A stretch of DNA of 64,000 bases from Myxococcota bacterium (GTDB lineage: Bacteria; Myxococcota_A; UBA9160; UBA4427), in the NCBI GenBank assembly GCA_965250285.1, contig OZ252299.1:5504001-5568000 (forward strand). Reading direction: 5' to 3'. The notes beneath the pieces are model-generated. The model searched no databases, was not told the DNA's origin, and was given only the letters and a program-made list of their open reading frames with translations. Both the position numbers and the translations under genes were made by a program. Below, piece by piece: positions 38,779 to 49,126 of this stretch. Positions within the stretch are counted from its first letter, which is position 1. Each line of letters opens with the position of its first letter.

Positions 38779-39477
38779 TCATTCCGCTCGAATGCGATCG
38801 CGTCTGCGAATCTGACGCTCGACGTCCGCCCGAATTTGGAAAAGGGCCTCTCCCCATACTGCTTCGACGCTGCCCCGATACGCAGACTCGGTGAGTGTCA
38901 CTAGTTCGCGCGCGTGTTCGACGGCGCGCTCGTGCAGGGTCGCCGCGGGTTCGAGTGCATCGAGAAACCCGGCCGCCGCCGCTTCTTCGGGCCCGGCCGT
39001 CCGGCCGAGGGTCGTGAGCGCATGCAGCCGTCGTCGGTCGAGGCGCTGGCGCGCGAGCACGGCGGGCAAGGTGGGCAGCGGCATGCCGAGCCGCTGCTCG
39101 GTGAAGCCGACCTGGTAGCTGCCCGGCGAGCCGAGGCGGATGTCGGACACGAGCAGCAGCATGGCGCCTGCGGCGACCGCGTGGCCTTCGCACGTCGCCA
39201 CCACCCGGGTCGAGCTCTCGAGCGTCTCGAGCAACAGCTCGCCCATGGCTGCGAGCAGCGCTTCACGGGCCTCTCCGCCGGCAGCGAGCGCCGCGTTGTC
39301 GAGCCCGGCGCAGAACGCGTCGCTTCGGCCGCGCAGGACGACCACCGGTGCGTCGGGGTCGAACGCAAGCGCCTCACGGAGCGCTTCGACCGCTTCGAGC
39401 GTCAGCGCATTGGGTCGACCCGTGTCGAGGGTGACGAAGCGCAGGGGCGGCGCGCGATCGACGTGGACAGGCTGCAT
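38779..39477 (-). CDS. Enoyl-CoA hydratase/isomerase family protein
   Basis: AFCAGLD, GHAVAAGAMLL. Confidence 0.88.
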   Translation of the reverse strand: MQPVHVDRAPPLRFVTLDTGRPNALTLEAVEALREALAFDPDAPVVVLRGRSDAFCAGLDNAALAAGGEAREALLAAMGELLLETLESSTRVVATCEGHAVAAGAMLLLVSDIRLGSPGSYQVGFTEQRLGMPLPTLPAVLARQRLDRRRLHALTTLGRTAGPEEAAAAGFLDALEPAATLHERAVEHARELVTLTESAYRGSVEAVWGEALFQIRADVERQIRRRDRIRAE

Positions 39478-39522
39478 GGCGGGGGCTCCGGTGCGGGAGG
39501 GCCTCATGGTAACGTCCTCGGG

Positions 39523-40269
39523 GTGACGTCTGGCCCGCAGCTCTACGGCGATCTCGCCGCCTGGTGGCCGCTCTTCTCGCGGCCCGAAGAGTACGTCGAA
39601 GAGGCTGCCTTCTTCGCCGAGCGACTCGGCGAGGCGTGCACCGGGGCAGCGACGACCCTGCTCGAGCTCGGGAGCGGCGGGGGCAACAACGCCTCGCACA
39701 TGAAGTCGCGGTTCGAGTCGACGCTGGTCGATCTCTCGCCGCAGATGCTCGAGGTCAGCCGTGCCCTCAACCCCGAGTGCGATCACGTCGAAGGCGACAT
39801 GCGGCGAGTGCGGCTCGGCCGCACGTTCGACTGCGTCTTCGTGCACGACGCGATCGCGTTGATGACGACCGAGGCCGATCTTCGGGCCGTGTTCGAGACG
39901 GCTTTCGCCCACTGCCGCCCGGGTGGCGCGGCGCTCTTCGCCCCCGACCACGTGCGCGAGACCTTCGCGCCGGCGACCGACGACGGGGGCCACGACGCCG
40001 ATGGGCGGGGGGTGCGGTTTCTCGAGTGGTCCTTCGATCCAGATCCCGCCGATCGCACGATCATCACCGACTACGCGATCCTGCTGCGAGACCGGGGCGG
40101 TGAGACGCGTGTGGTGCACGATCGACACGTCGAGGGGCTCTTCGCCCGGGCCGACTGGCTGCGCTGGCTGCGCGAAGCTGGCTTCGAGCCCGACGTGGTT
40201 CGCTTCGATCACTCGGATCTCGAGCCGGGCAGCTACGAGATCTTCGTCTGTCGCCGGCCCGAAGACTGA
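39523..40269 (+). CDS. Class I SAM-dependent methyltransferase
   Basis: LLELGSGGG, GDMR, CRPGG. Confidence 0.9.
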   Translation: MTSGPQLYGDLAAWWPLFSRPEEYVEEAAFFAERLGEACTGAATTLLELGSGGGNNASHMKSRFESTLVDLSPQMLEVSRALNPECDHVEGDMRRVRLGRTFDCVFVHDAIALMTTEADLRAVFETAFAHCRPGGAALFAPDHVRETFAPATDDGGHDADGRGVRFLEWSFDPDPADRTIITDYAILLRDRGGETRVVHDRHVEGLFARADWLRWLREAGFEPDVVRFDHSDLEPGSYEIFVCRRPED

Positions 40270-40289
40270 GGGGCAACGAGGAGGGAAGC

Positions 40290-40760
40290 GTGGGGGTTCG
40301 AATCGAAGAGGCCGACCTCGGCGACCCGGTGCACGCCGCGGCCCTGGTCGACCTGATCGACGGCTATGCCCGCGGGCCCGGCGGGCAGAACGCGCCGCTC
40401 TCGGCGCACGCGCGCGAGGCGATGGCCGAGGGGCTGCGGGCCCATCCCAAGGCACGGGTGCTGCTTGCCTGGGAGGGCGACGAGGCGGTGGGCGTCGCGG
40501 TCTGCGTCGAGGGGTTCTCGACGTTCGCCGGCCAGCCGACCATCAACATCCACGATCTCTCGGTCGCCGATGCGCATCGGGGCCGCGGCATCGGCGGCGC
40601 CCTGATCGATCGCGTCGTCGAAGACGTCGAGGCGATCGGTGGCTGCAAGGTCACGCTCGAGGTGCACGACTCGAACGAGGGCGCGAAGCGGCTGTACGAA
40701 CGCAAGGGCTTCGGCCCCTGGTCACCGGCGACGTTCTTCGTCAGTCGCTATCTCGAGTGA
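40290..40760 (+). CDS. GNAT acetyltransferase
   Basis: INIHDLSV, HRGRGIG, KVTLEV, LYERKGF. Confidence 0.9.
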   Translation: MGVRIEEADLGDPVHAAALVDLIDGYARGPGGQNAPLSAHAREAMAEGLRAHPKARVLLAWEGDEAVGVAVCVEGFSTFAGQPTINIHDLSVADAHRGRGIGGALIDRVVEDVEAIGGCKVTLEVHDSNEGAKRLYERKGFGPWSPATFFVSRYLE

Positions 40761-40819
40761 GCCGGCACGTGCATCGACAACCCGGGTCGATCCGACCCGA
40801 CCAGCTCCGGGGTCTCTGG

Positions 40820-41476
40820 ATGTCAATCAGCTCATCGCGCCTCGGCGCACTCGTTCTGTTCGTCGGCTCGGTCGCCGCGATCATCGGCGCGCCCGACGTC
40901 GCGCGCGCTGGCTTCGACCGCCTGTGTCCGCTGCTCGACCACGAAGAGCATCGAGAGCTGCAGGATCTCGAGCTCTCCCTCGAGCTCGCTCGCACCGAGC
41001 TGCGGGCGCGCGAGCGGGTCTTCGAGATGGTCGAGGCATTGTGGCAGGTGCGCGCGGTCGAGCAGGAAATCTACCTCGACTATCGCCGTCAGCGCGATCG
41101 AACGCGGGTCCGCGTCGATCGCATCGAGACCGAGATCGAGCAGCAGCAGACGGTCGTCGCCCAGTACGACCTGATCTGCGATGGCCGCAAAGCCAGCGCC
41201 GCCAATGCCGAATCGACCGCAGAGATCGACGCGCTGAACGAGCGCTACCGCGAGCTCGAGTGCAAGCTGCTCGGCTACGACGTCGCCATCGCCGAGGTCG
41301 ACTACGCCTTTCATTCGGCGGTGCTCGAGGCGACGAAGACCCTGAATCTGGGCAACGTGAAGTCGAAGTTCGACCTGGTGCTCGACGAGGCCGATGCCGC
41401 GCAGGCGAAGTCGCGGGTCGAGGGCTATCGCCGACGAGCGCGCGGCTGCCGGGCACAGCTCGAAGGCGGCGGCTGA
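40820..41476 (+). CDS. Secreted coiled-coil hypothetical protein
   Basis: Signal peptide ending ARA; heptad helices; four Cys. Confidence 0.7.
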   Translation: MSISSSRLGALVLFVGSVAAIIGAPDVARAGFDRLCPLLDHEEHRELQDLELSLELARTELRARERVFEMVEALWQVRAVEQEIYLDYRRQRDRTRVRVDRIETEIEQQQTVVAQYDLICDGRKASAANAESTAEIDALNERYRELECKLLGYDVAIAEVDYAFHSAVLEATKTLNLGNVKSKFDLVLDEADAAQAKSRVEGYRRRARGCRAQLEGGG

Positions 41477-41590
41477 TCCGCCGCGGGCATGGCTCCGCCG
41501 CGGCTGTCACTCCGCCGCGGCTCGGTCACTCCGCTGCGGCTGCTACTCCGCTGCGGTGGTTACTCCGCCGCGGCTGCTATTCCGCCGCGG
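41477..41590 (-). repeat. 7 x ~17-bp tandem repeat of the flavoprotein 3' end
   Basis: TCCGCYGCGG cores at 41477, 41494, 41511, 41530, 41547, 41564 and 41581. Confidence 0.9.
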
Positions 41591-43031
41591 CGCTGCGACC
41601 CGCGCGGCGGCCGAAGTAGGTCGACTCGCCGATGCAGGTGCCGCTCGAGTAGCCCGTGCCATCCTGGGCGATGTTGGCGGCGCAGGCCCCGACGACGTAG
41701 AGGCCGTCGATCGTCGAATCGTCTGCGCGCTGGGCGTGGCCATCGATGTCGCACTTGAGGCCGCCGAGCGCGAAGCCGACCCAGAACCCCTCGCCGACGT
41801 TCGCACAGAGGGCGGCGAACGGCGCCTTCTCGAGCGGGCGCATCCACTTCGCGCCCTTGTGGAACTCGGTGTCGTCGCCGGTGACGGCCGCTTCGTTGTA
41901 CTTGCGCATGGTCTCGACGAGGTTGCCCTCGGGCATGCCGAGATCCTTCTCCATCTCTTCGAAGCTCTCCCACACGTCGACGACCTCGTAGCCGCCGTAC
42001 ATCGGGCGATCGAAGATCGACTCATCGACGATCATGTAGGCGATGCCGTCGGGCTGGTCGGTGGTCAGGATGCTCGAGCGCGAGTGATACGAGTCTTCGG
42101 CGACATAGCGCTTGCCGAGCTTGTTCACGAGCACGCCGAAGAGCAGCGTCTGCGGCGGATAGAAGGGGCTCGTGATCAGCGCGCCGTCCATGTGGCGCAG
42201 CACCCCGCCGGCGGCCTCGCCCATCTTGTGGGCGGCGCCGTCGCAGAAGGGCGTGTGCTGCTTGGTAATGCGCTCGTCGGCCAGCTTCGGCGTGTACTTC
42301 TTCAGCATCTCGGGGTCGCCGGTGTAGTGACCCGCCGCGAGGATCACGGCCTTGTTCGCCTTGATCGTGTGGTCGGCCCCGTCCTTCTTGTACTGCACAC
42401 CCACGATGCGGTCGCCGTCGCGGACGAGCTGCTGCGCCGCCGCGTCGGTCACGATATCGACGCCGAGCTCCTTGACCTTGGCGATCAATACTTCCATCAG
42501 CTTCGCGCCGCCGCCCTCACCGGGCTCGGCCACCTTGTGGCCGCGCGGGGCCGGCTTGGCCTTCTCGCGGTAGGGCCAGACCTCTTCGTTGCCCGACCAG
42601 ATCAGGCAATCGTCGGTCATCTGCAGGACGTCCTTCTCCTTCACCATGGTGTCGGTGAAGGGCACACCCTGCTCGACCAGCCAGTCGAAGTGCGAGACGC
42701 TCTCGTCGCAGTAGGCGCGAATCTTGTTCTCTTCGGGCTCGGGCGTGACCGCGAGGAGGTACTGGTACATGTCCTCGACGTCGTCCTCGATGCCGACGGC
42801 CTTCTGCACGCGCGTCCCGCCACCGAGGTAGAAGTGGCCGCCGGCGTTCGACGTGAGACCGCCGCCTCCGCTCGCGCGCTCGAGCACCGTGACCTTCGCG
42901 CCGGCACGTTGCGCCTCGATCGCGGCGCACGAGCCTCCGGCGCCGAGACCGACGATCACCACGTCGGCTTCACTGTCGAAGCTCGAGACGTCCGAAGCGG
43001 GAATGACGCCGTAGGAAGATGCGTTGGCCAT
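41577..43031 (-). CDS. FAD-binding oxidoreductase (ketosteroid dehydrogenase/fumarate reductase flavoprotein family)
   Basis: VVIVGLGAGG, LGGGTRVQ, GYSSGTCIG. Confidence 0.88.
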   Translation of the reverse strand: MANASSYGVIPASDVSSFDSEADVVIVGLGAGGSCAAIEAQRAGAKVTVLERASGGGGLTSNAGGHFYLGGGTRVQKAVGIEDDVEDMYQYLLAVTPEPEENKIRAYCDESVSHFDWLVEQGVPFTDTMVKEKDVLQMTDDCLIWSGNEEVWPYREKAKPAPRGHKVAEPGEGGGAKLMEVLIAKVKELGVDIVTDAAAQQLVRDGDRIVGVQYKKDGADHTIKANKAVILAAGHYTGDPEMLKKYTPKLADERITKQHTPFCDGAAHKMGEAAGGVLRHMDGALITSPFYPPQTLLFGVLVNKLGKRYVAEDSYHSRSSILTTDQPDGIAYMIVDESIFDRPMYGGYEVVDVWESFEEMEKDLGMPEGNLVETMRKYNEAAVTGDDTEFHKGAKWMRPLEKAPFAALCANVGEGFWVGFALGGLKCDIDGHAQRADDSTIDGLYVVGACAANIAQDGTGYSSGTCIGESTYFGRRAGRSAAAE

Positions 43032-43239
43032 CGAAGAGAATCCTGTTCGTGTGCTGGTTCCGATGTGCGGAAGCGGGCTGGATGGGGCGCGAAATCAAGC
43101 GCGCGGGCAGCGAGTTTATCACACGGTCGATCGCGCCCGGACGCCACGCGCGCCGCTCGCGGCCGGCCGATGTGGACGTAGGGGGGGAGCCCTCGCGAAG
43201 CTGGACAACCCGACTTCCGTCGCGGCTAAGGCACCGGCT

Positions 43240-44196
43240 TCAGCGCCACGCGTCGATCCGGCTCAGCACCGCTTCGGCCTCGGCGGCGACGCGACGAACG
43301 ATGTCACCCGCCGGCTCGAGGTCGTGGATCGCCCCCACCCCCTGTCCCGCCGGCATGCACGTTCGACTCGGGTCGGTCATGTCGTCGTCCATGAAGCCGA
43401 GCAGGCCATCGGCCGTCGACTGTCCCATCTGCTCGGGGAAGGGCAGGGCCTGCTCGCCCGATCGTTCCTTCTTCTCGACGTACTCGTTGGTCAGCACGCG
43501 CATCGGTTTGCCCGAGTAGAACCGCGTGATCGCCGTCTCGTGTCCGCCGCAGTCGCGTAGCCGCTGCTTGTACGTCTGGCCGGCGCGCGCCTCGGGCGTG
43601 GCGATGAAGCGCGTCCCCATCCAGCAAGCCTGGGCGCCGAGCGTCAGCGCAGCCGCGAGGCCGCGGCCGTCGACGATCGAGCCGGCGCCGATCACGGGGA
43701 TGTCGACCGCATCGACGACCTGAGGGATCAACGCCATGCCGGCGATGCGCCCCGTGTGGCCGCCGGCCTCGGTGCCCTGGGCGATCACGGCGTCGCAGCC
43801 CGCGTCCTCGGCGGCCCGCGCGTGCGAGACCTTGCCGATCACGGCCATGACCTTGAGCCCCGCGTCGTGGCAACGCTCGACCAGCGGGCCGGCGACGCCG
43901 AGCCCCGTGATGAACGACGACGCCCCTTCTTCGATGATCGTGTCGATGCAGGCGAGCATCGTGTCGGGCAGGGCGGCCAGCATGTCGACGCCGAACGGGC
44001 CGTCGGTGAGCGCGCGCGTCCGGCGCATCTCGGCGCGGATCATCTCGGGGTCGCCGACGGCCATGCCGAGCGTGCCGTAGCCGCCGGCGTTGGTGACCGC
44101 GGCGCACAGCTCGGCGTACGCGACCTCGCCCATGCCGGCGAGGAAGACCGGGTGCTCGATGTCGAAGAGGTCGCAGACAGGGGTGCGCAGGGGCAT
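43240..44196 (-). CDS. Nitronate monooxygenase/FabK-like flavoprotein
   Basis: AQGTEAGGHTG, WMGTRF, MPAGQGVG. Confidence 0.92.
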   Translation of the reverse strand: MPLRTPVCDLFDIEHPVFLAGMGEVAYAELCAAVTNAGGYGTLGMAVGDPEMIRAEMRRTRALTDGPFGVDMLAALPDTMLACIDTIIEEGASSFITGLGVAGPLVERCHDAGLKVMAVIGKVSHARAAEDAGCDAVIAQGTEAGGHTGRIAGMALIPQVVDAVDIPVIGAGSIVDGRGLAAALTLGAQACWMGTRFIATPEARAGQTYKQRLRDCGGHETAITRFYSGKPMRVLTNEYVEKKERSGEQALPFPEQMGQSTADGLLGFMDDDMTDPSRTCMPAGQGVGAIHDLEPAGDIVRRVAAEAEAVLSRIDAWR

Positions 44197-44398
44197 GCAG
44201 TCTCCTGGGATCGGCCGCGGGCGGCAGGCCCGCGGTCGAATCGGCCGGTTCGGCGGCGTTTGATGTGGGCGCGCGCGTCGCTTACGCTTCGGGACACTAT
44301 CTCACGAACGCATTCGAATCGTGAAGGTTCGCGCGGCGGCGCCGGGCGAGGGGGCGACCCCCGTCCAGGCTGAACCCGCGCCAGCGAGGATCCCCATC

Positions 44399-45880
44399 GT
44401 GACGACGAGCAATGAAGACAGAGCGCCGGTGATCATCGGCATTGGTCAGGTGCTGCAGCGCGTGGACGACCCGGCCCAGGGCGTCGAGCCGCTCGAGCTC
44501 ATGGCCCAGGCCCTCGAGGCCGCCGCCGACGACTGCGGCGCGAAGGACATCCTGGCGCAGGTCGACGACGTGCGCGTGATTCGCGGTGTCTGGGGCTATG
44601 GCGACCCGGCGCGCGAGCTGACGAAGCGCTTCGGTGCGCCCGACGCGACGACGGTCGGCAGCCTCTACGGCGGCAACACGGTGCAGCAGTGCGTGAACGA
44701 TGCCGCACAGCTGATCCTCGCCGGCGAGCGCGAGATCGTCTGGATGGCCGGCGGTGAGAACGGCCGCAGCCATGCCGCGGCCAAGCGTCTGGGCGCCGAG
44801 ATCCCGGCCGTCGAGGCGCCCGGTGTGCCCGACCGCCTGCTGCCCGGCAGCGCCGACATGCACCACGCCGCCGAGAAGGACATCAAGCTCTTCTCGCCCG
44901 TCGCTCAGTACGCGCTCTACGAGTCGGCGCTGCGCCACGCCAACGGCGAATCGCTCGAGGCGCACCGAGCGCGCATCGCCGAGCTGTGGGCGGGCTTCAG
45001 CCAGGTGGCGAAGGAGAACCCGAACGCCTGGCTGCGCGAGGGCTACACGGCCGAAGAGGTCGGCGGCGTCGGCGACGACAATCCGATGATCGCGGTGCCG
45101 TACCCGCGGCGCATGAACGCGAACAACCGCGTCGACATGGGCGGTGCGTTGATCCTCACGTCGGCGGGTCGCGCGCGCGAGCTCGGCGTGCCCGAAGACA
45201 AGTGGGTGTACGTGCACTCGGGCACCGATGCGAGCGACATCCTGACCTCGAGTGAGCGCTGGCTGCTCAACGAGTCGCCCGCGATGCGGATCGGCGGTCG
45301 TCGCGCGCTCGAGCTCGCGGGGCTCACCCCCGACGAGGTCGATCACGTCGACCTCTACAGCTGCTTTCCGTCGGCGGTGCAGATCGCGGCGCAGGAGATC
45401 GGGATCGGCTTCGACCGCCCGCTGACCGTGACGGGTGGCCTGACCTTCGGCGGTGGACCGCTCAACAACTACGTCATGCACTCGGTCGCGCGGATGGTCG
45501 AGGTGCTGCGTGCCGACCGCGGCGCGAAGGGGTTCGTCACGGGCAACGGTGGCTACCTGTCGAAGCACGCGTTCGGCGTGTACTCAACCGAGCCGCCCGC
45601 GAATGGCTTCGCCTACGAGGACGTGCAGGCCGAGGTCGATGCGGCGGCGAGCAAGCGCAAGGTCGAGATGAACTACGTCGGGCCCGTCGAGATCGAAGCG
45701 TTCACCTCGGTCTTCGCCGACGGCCAGCCAGCGCACGGGTTCATCGCCGGGCGCACGCCCGACCAGGCGCGCGCGTGGTGTCGCGTCGAAGATGCCGAAA
45801 CGCTCGCGATCATGGTCGAAGAAGATCTCTGCGGTCGCACGGCGCGATTCGAGGGCGAAGGTCGGATCACGCTCGACTGA
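44399..45880 (+). CDS. Thiolase-like protein (acetyl-CoA acetyltransferase family)
   Basis: DLYSCFPSAV, TVTGGLTFGGGPLNNY, GGYLSKH. Confidence 0.88.
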   Translation: MTTSNEDRAPVIIGIGQVLQRVDDPAQGVEPLELMAQALEAAADDCGAKDILAQVDDVRVIRGVWGYGDPARELTKRFGAPDATTVGSLYGGNTVQQCVNDAAQLILAGEREIVWMAGGENGRSHAAAKRLGAEIPAVEAPGVPDRLLPGSADMHHAAEKDIKLFSPVAQYALYESALRHANGESLEAHRARIAELWAGFSQVAKENPNAWLREGYTAEEVGGVGDDNPMIAVPYPRRMNANNRVDMGGALILTSAGRARELGVPEDKWVYVHSGTDASDILTSSERWLLNESPAMRIGGRRALELAGLTPDEVDHVDLYSCFPSAVQIAAQEIGIGFDRPLTVTGGLTFGGGPLNNYVMHSVARMVEVLRADRGAKGFVTGNGGYLSKHAFGVYSTEPPANGFAYEDVQAEVDAAASKRKVEMNYVGPVEIEAFTSVFADGQPAHGFIAGRTPDQARAWCRVEDAETLAIMVEEDLCGRTARFEGEGRITLD

Positions 45881-46241
45881 GGCGCCGGCTTGGCCCCCGG
45901 CCGGTCGGCTTCGGCCCTGCATGTCGGGATGACCCCGGCAACGTGAACGTGCCGCGGAATTTGCGTGGCGCGGCGGCGTCGAACCCGCTGTGCTTGCGCA
46001 TGTGCGCCCTAGAACCGATTCGAGGCGCGACGCAGCATTCCGAGGCGTGGCGGAACCGGTGCCGCTGTCGTTGCATCTCAAAGAAGCGGCGACGATGCTG
46101 CGCGGCACGTCGGGCGTCGTTCGAGTGAGTTTCGGACGCCCGAGTCGGCCCTGCGCAGACCGCCCCCCGACGTCGCCTCGAGGGCCCGCTCGGGCTCAGA
46201 TGTGCCTCGTCCGCCCCAGGAGCCCTCTCGTGGCCCAACGC

Positions 46242-47186
46242 ATGTCATCGACGCGCCCGCCGACGCACCGCGCCGGCAAGAGCGCTCCCGTGGCCAAGAA
46301 GGCCCGGGCGAAGGCAGCCGTGGCGCGCGGGCGTCAGACCCTCGAGAACCTGTGGGAACGCTCGACGGGCGCTCGCGCCGCCCTGCCGGCCCACCCCGAC
46401 TTCGTGCCCCATTTGTGCTTGGTTCGGACGCCCCGACTGCCGATACCTCCGAAGACCATGGGCCGCGAGATCACCGTCGCCAGCTACAACGTCCACCGCT
46501 GGACGGGCATGAACGGTCGGGCGAAGCCCGATCCGGCGCGGGCGTGCTTCGTGATCAGCGAGATGGATTTCGACGTGATCGCCCTGCAAGAGGTGATCCG
46601 CCCCTACGAAGGCGAAGAGGATCCGCTCGAGCGTCTCTGCGACGAGCTCGGCCTGCACCTCGCCTTCGCCGTGTCTCGGCTGCACCGCTACGGCCAGCTC
46701 GGCAACGCGATCCTGTCGCGGTTCCCCATCAGCGGCATCTCGGTGCTCGACATCTCGCACTCGCGGCTCGAACAGCGCAGTGCGCTCGCCGCGCAGTTTC
46801 ATGGCCCGGCCGGCAACCTCGGCGTCGTCGCGACGCACCTCTCGCTCGTCGACCGCACCCGGCACCGACAGGTGCAGGCGCTGCTCGAGCATCCGCAGCT
46901 GAACGCGGGGCCGGCGGTGCTGGTCGGCGATCTCAATGCCTGGCGCAAGTGCAGGGCCAGTCGTTCACTCGAAGAAGAGCTGCATCGGCACAACAACGTC
47001 GAATGGCCGGCGACCTTCCCGGCGGCCCGCCCGCTGCTCGCGCTCGACCGCATCTATGCGCGCGGCGCCGACGTGATGGAGGTGTCGACGCACGACACGC
47101 GCGCCGCACGTCGAGCGAGCGACCACCTGCCGGTGGCCGCCCGCGTCGAGGTCAAGGAAGCGCCCGCACTCGTCTACAAGGACTGA
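46242..47186 (+). CDS. Endonuclease/exonuclease/phosphatase family protein
   Basis: SYNVH, ALQEV, GDLN, LDRIY, SDHLP. Confidence 0.92.
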   Translation: MSSTRPPTHRAGKSAPVAKKARAKAAVARGRQTLENLWERSTGARAALPAHPDFVPHLCLVRTPRLPIPPKTMGREITVASYNVHRWTGMNGRAKPDPARACFVISEMDFDVIALQEVIRPYEGEEDPLERLCDELGLHLAFAVSRLHRYGQLGNAILSRFPISGISVLDISHSRLEQRSALAAQFHGPAGNLGVVATHLSLVDRTRHRQVQALLEHPQLNAGPAVLVGDLNAWRKCRASRSLEEELHRHNNVEWPATFPAARPLLALDRIYARGADVMEVSTHDTRAARRASDHLPVAARVEVKEAPALVYKD

Positions 47187-47270
47187 GTCGCCCGCGCGCT
47201 CGTGCGCCCATCCGCGCCTCGCGCCGCTGGGCACCCCCTCTCCCCGTTTCGCACCCCCGCGGCCACCCCG

Positions 47271-48653
47271 TCAGATCTGGATCGATCGCCAGGCGCCCGA
47301 CCGAAAGCGCCAACGCAGCAACCCGGCGAGCGCCACGATGTAGACGCTGCCCCCGATCCACGCCCAGAAGAGTCCGCCCTCGTAGTGCACGCCCAGCAGC
47401 CAGGCGAGGGGCACGAAGAGTGCCCACGCCAGCAGGAAGCGCATGAGGAACGGCGTCGAGGTGTCGCCGGCGCCGCGCAGCGCGCCGTCGGTCACGATCG
47501 CCCAGGCGTCGAAGAGCTGAAAGAACGCGCCGATCGCGAGCAGCGGGCCGCCGAGCCGAAGCACGTCGGTGTCGGTGGTGAAGAGCGAGATCAGCAGACC
47601 CGGCGCTGTCAGGAAGAGCGCCGCGATGCCACCGCCGAGCAGCGTCGCGAGCCACATCCCCGACGCGTAGCTCTTCCACACCGCGGGCTCCTCGCGGCTG
47701 CCGATGTAGCGCCCGACGAGCGTCGACACGGCGATGCCGATGCCCGAAGCCTGCATGAACGAGAGCGAGAGCAGGCTGATGAACGCCTGGCTCGCCGCCA
47801 TCTGGGCATCGCCCATGCGCGCGACGAAGAGCAGGAACACCGCGAACGACAGCATCTCGAGCAGCCACTGCGCGCCGATCGGCAGACCCGTGCGGATCAG
47901 CCGCCGGATGCGACCGAGGTCGGGCACCGCCGGCCGCGTGCCGTAGCGCTCGCGCATGCTGCGCCGCGTGAACACCAGCACGAACACGAGGGTGCCGAGC
48001 CACTGGGCGATCGAGGTCGCGAGTCCGGCGCCGACGACACCCATCTCGGGCATGCCGAGCTCGCCGAAGATCAGCGCGTAGTCGAGCACGACGTTGCAGA
48101 CGACCGAGAACGCGATGATCCACAGCGGCGTGCGGGTATCGCCGAGGCCGCGGAAGAACGACGAGAACACCATGTTCGCGACGTCGGCGGGCACGCCGAA
48201 CGCGCGCATCGACATGTAGGCCGCGGCGAAGGGCGCCATCGTCGGGCCCGGATCGAGCCACGCGATGACTTGATCGACGCCGAGGTAGAGTGTGGCGCCG
48301 AAAGCGGCCGTGACGGGCACGATGGTGCCGAGCCACTGCCAGGCCCAGACGCCGCAGTCACTGGCTTCGCCGGCGCCGTCGGCTTGCGACACGAAGGTCT
48401 GCACGACGGTCGCCGCGCCCATCCAGAAGCAGATGAGGGTCCACGTCCAGATGCCGCCGAACCCGACGGCGCCGAGCTCGGTGGCGCCGAGGCGGCCGAC
48501 GAACATGCTGTCGATCACGCCCATCAGCGTCACCGAGAGCTGGGTGGCGACGACGGGCAGCGCGAGCACGACGACTTCGCGCATGCCGCCGCGCCCATTC
48601 AGCAGGGCGTCTGCGCGCGTGTCGATCGATCGCGTATCGAGGGGATGGGACAT
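47271..48653 (-). CDS. MATE family efflux transporter
   Basis: About 12 TM segments; RGLGDTRTP and LRGAGDT repeats. Confidence 0.93.
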   Translation of the reverse strand: MSHPLDTRSIDTRADALLNGRGGMREVVVLALPVVATQLSVTLMGVIDSMFVGRLGATELGAVGFGGIWTWTLICFWMGAATVVQTFVSQADGAGEASDCGVWAWQWLGTIVPVTAAFGATLYLGVDQVIAWLDPGPTMAPFAAAYMSMRAFGVPADVANMVFSSFFRGLGDTRTPLWIIAFSVVCNVVLDYALIFGELGMPEMGVVGAGLATSIAQWLGTLVFVLVFTRRSMRERYGTRPAVPDLGRIRRLIRTGLPIGAQWLLEMLSFAVFLLFVARMGDAQMAASQAFISLLSLSFMQASGIGIAVSTLVGRYIGSREEPAVWKSYASGMWLATLLGGGIAALFLTAPGLLISLFTTDTDVLRLGGPLLAIGAFFQLFDAWAIVTDGALRGAGDTSTPFLMRFLLAWALFVPLAWLLGVHYEGGLFWAWIGGSVYIVALAGLLRWRFRSGAWRSIQI

Positions 48654-48942
48654 GAAGAGCTCCAGAGTTCTCGGTCTTTCGTTCGGGGCGTCTCGCTCGC
48701 CCCGATCGACCGGCTCAGGAGCTCGGGGTCATGGGGCGGATGCTTCCGGCGTGCGCTCGCCAAGCGGCCTGGCGCAGGGCTTCGCGGGAACGACGACGAA
48801 CGTCGTGCCAGCGGTCCAGTTCGCGGCCGGCCGGGCGGGCTTGTGGTTGGGGATGGAATTCATCCGGAAGGCTCCCATGAATGGCGGGAGGGTACACCGC
48901 TTCGCGGCGACGGCAATCGGCGGACGCCCGGTTCTCGTCGGT

Positions 48943-48981
48943 CGAACCCGAACCCGAACCCGAACCCGAACCCGAACCCGA
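48943..48981. repeat. (CGAACC)6 perfect hexamer microsatellite
   Basis: Six exact units plus CGA in a divergent intergenic region. Confidence 0.95.
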
Positions 48982-49126
48982 CGCCGCCGCCGCACCCGTC
49001 GGGTGTATGATTGGAATCGGCGGAGCGGCCCGGCTTGACGCGATGCGCGACGACCGGGCCGGCTCGCCGATCGAGCAAACGCCCGGCGCACCCGGCCCTG
49101 GCCGTGAAGCGCCCGAGGAACCCGTC

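Noticed and set aside
46058..46076. sigma54 promoter before the EEP gene (TTGCA present)
   Set aside because: The -24 position reads TGCCGCT and lacks the invariant GG.
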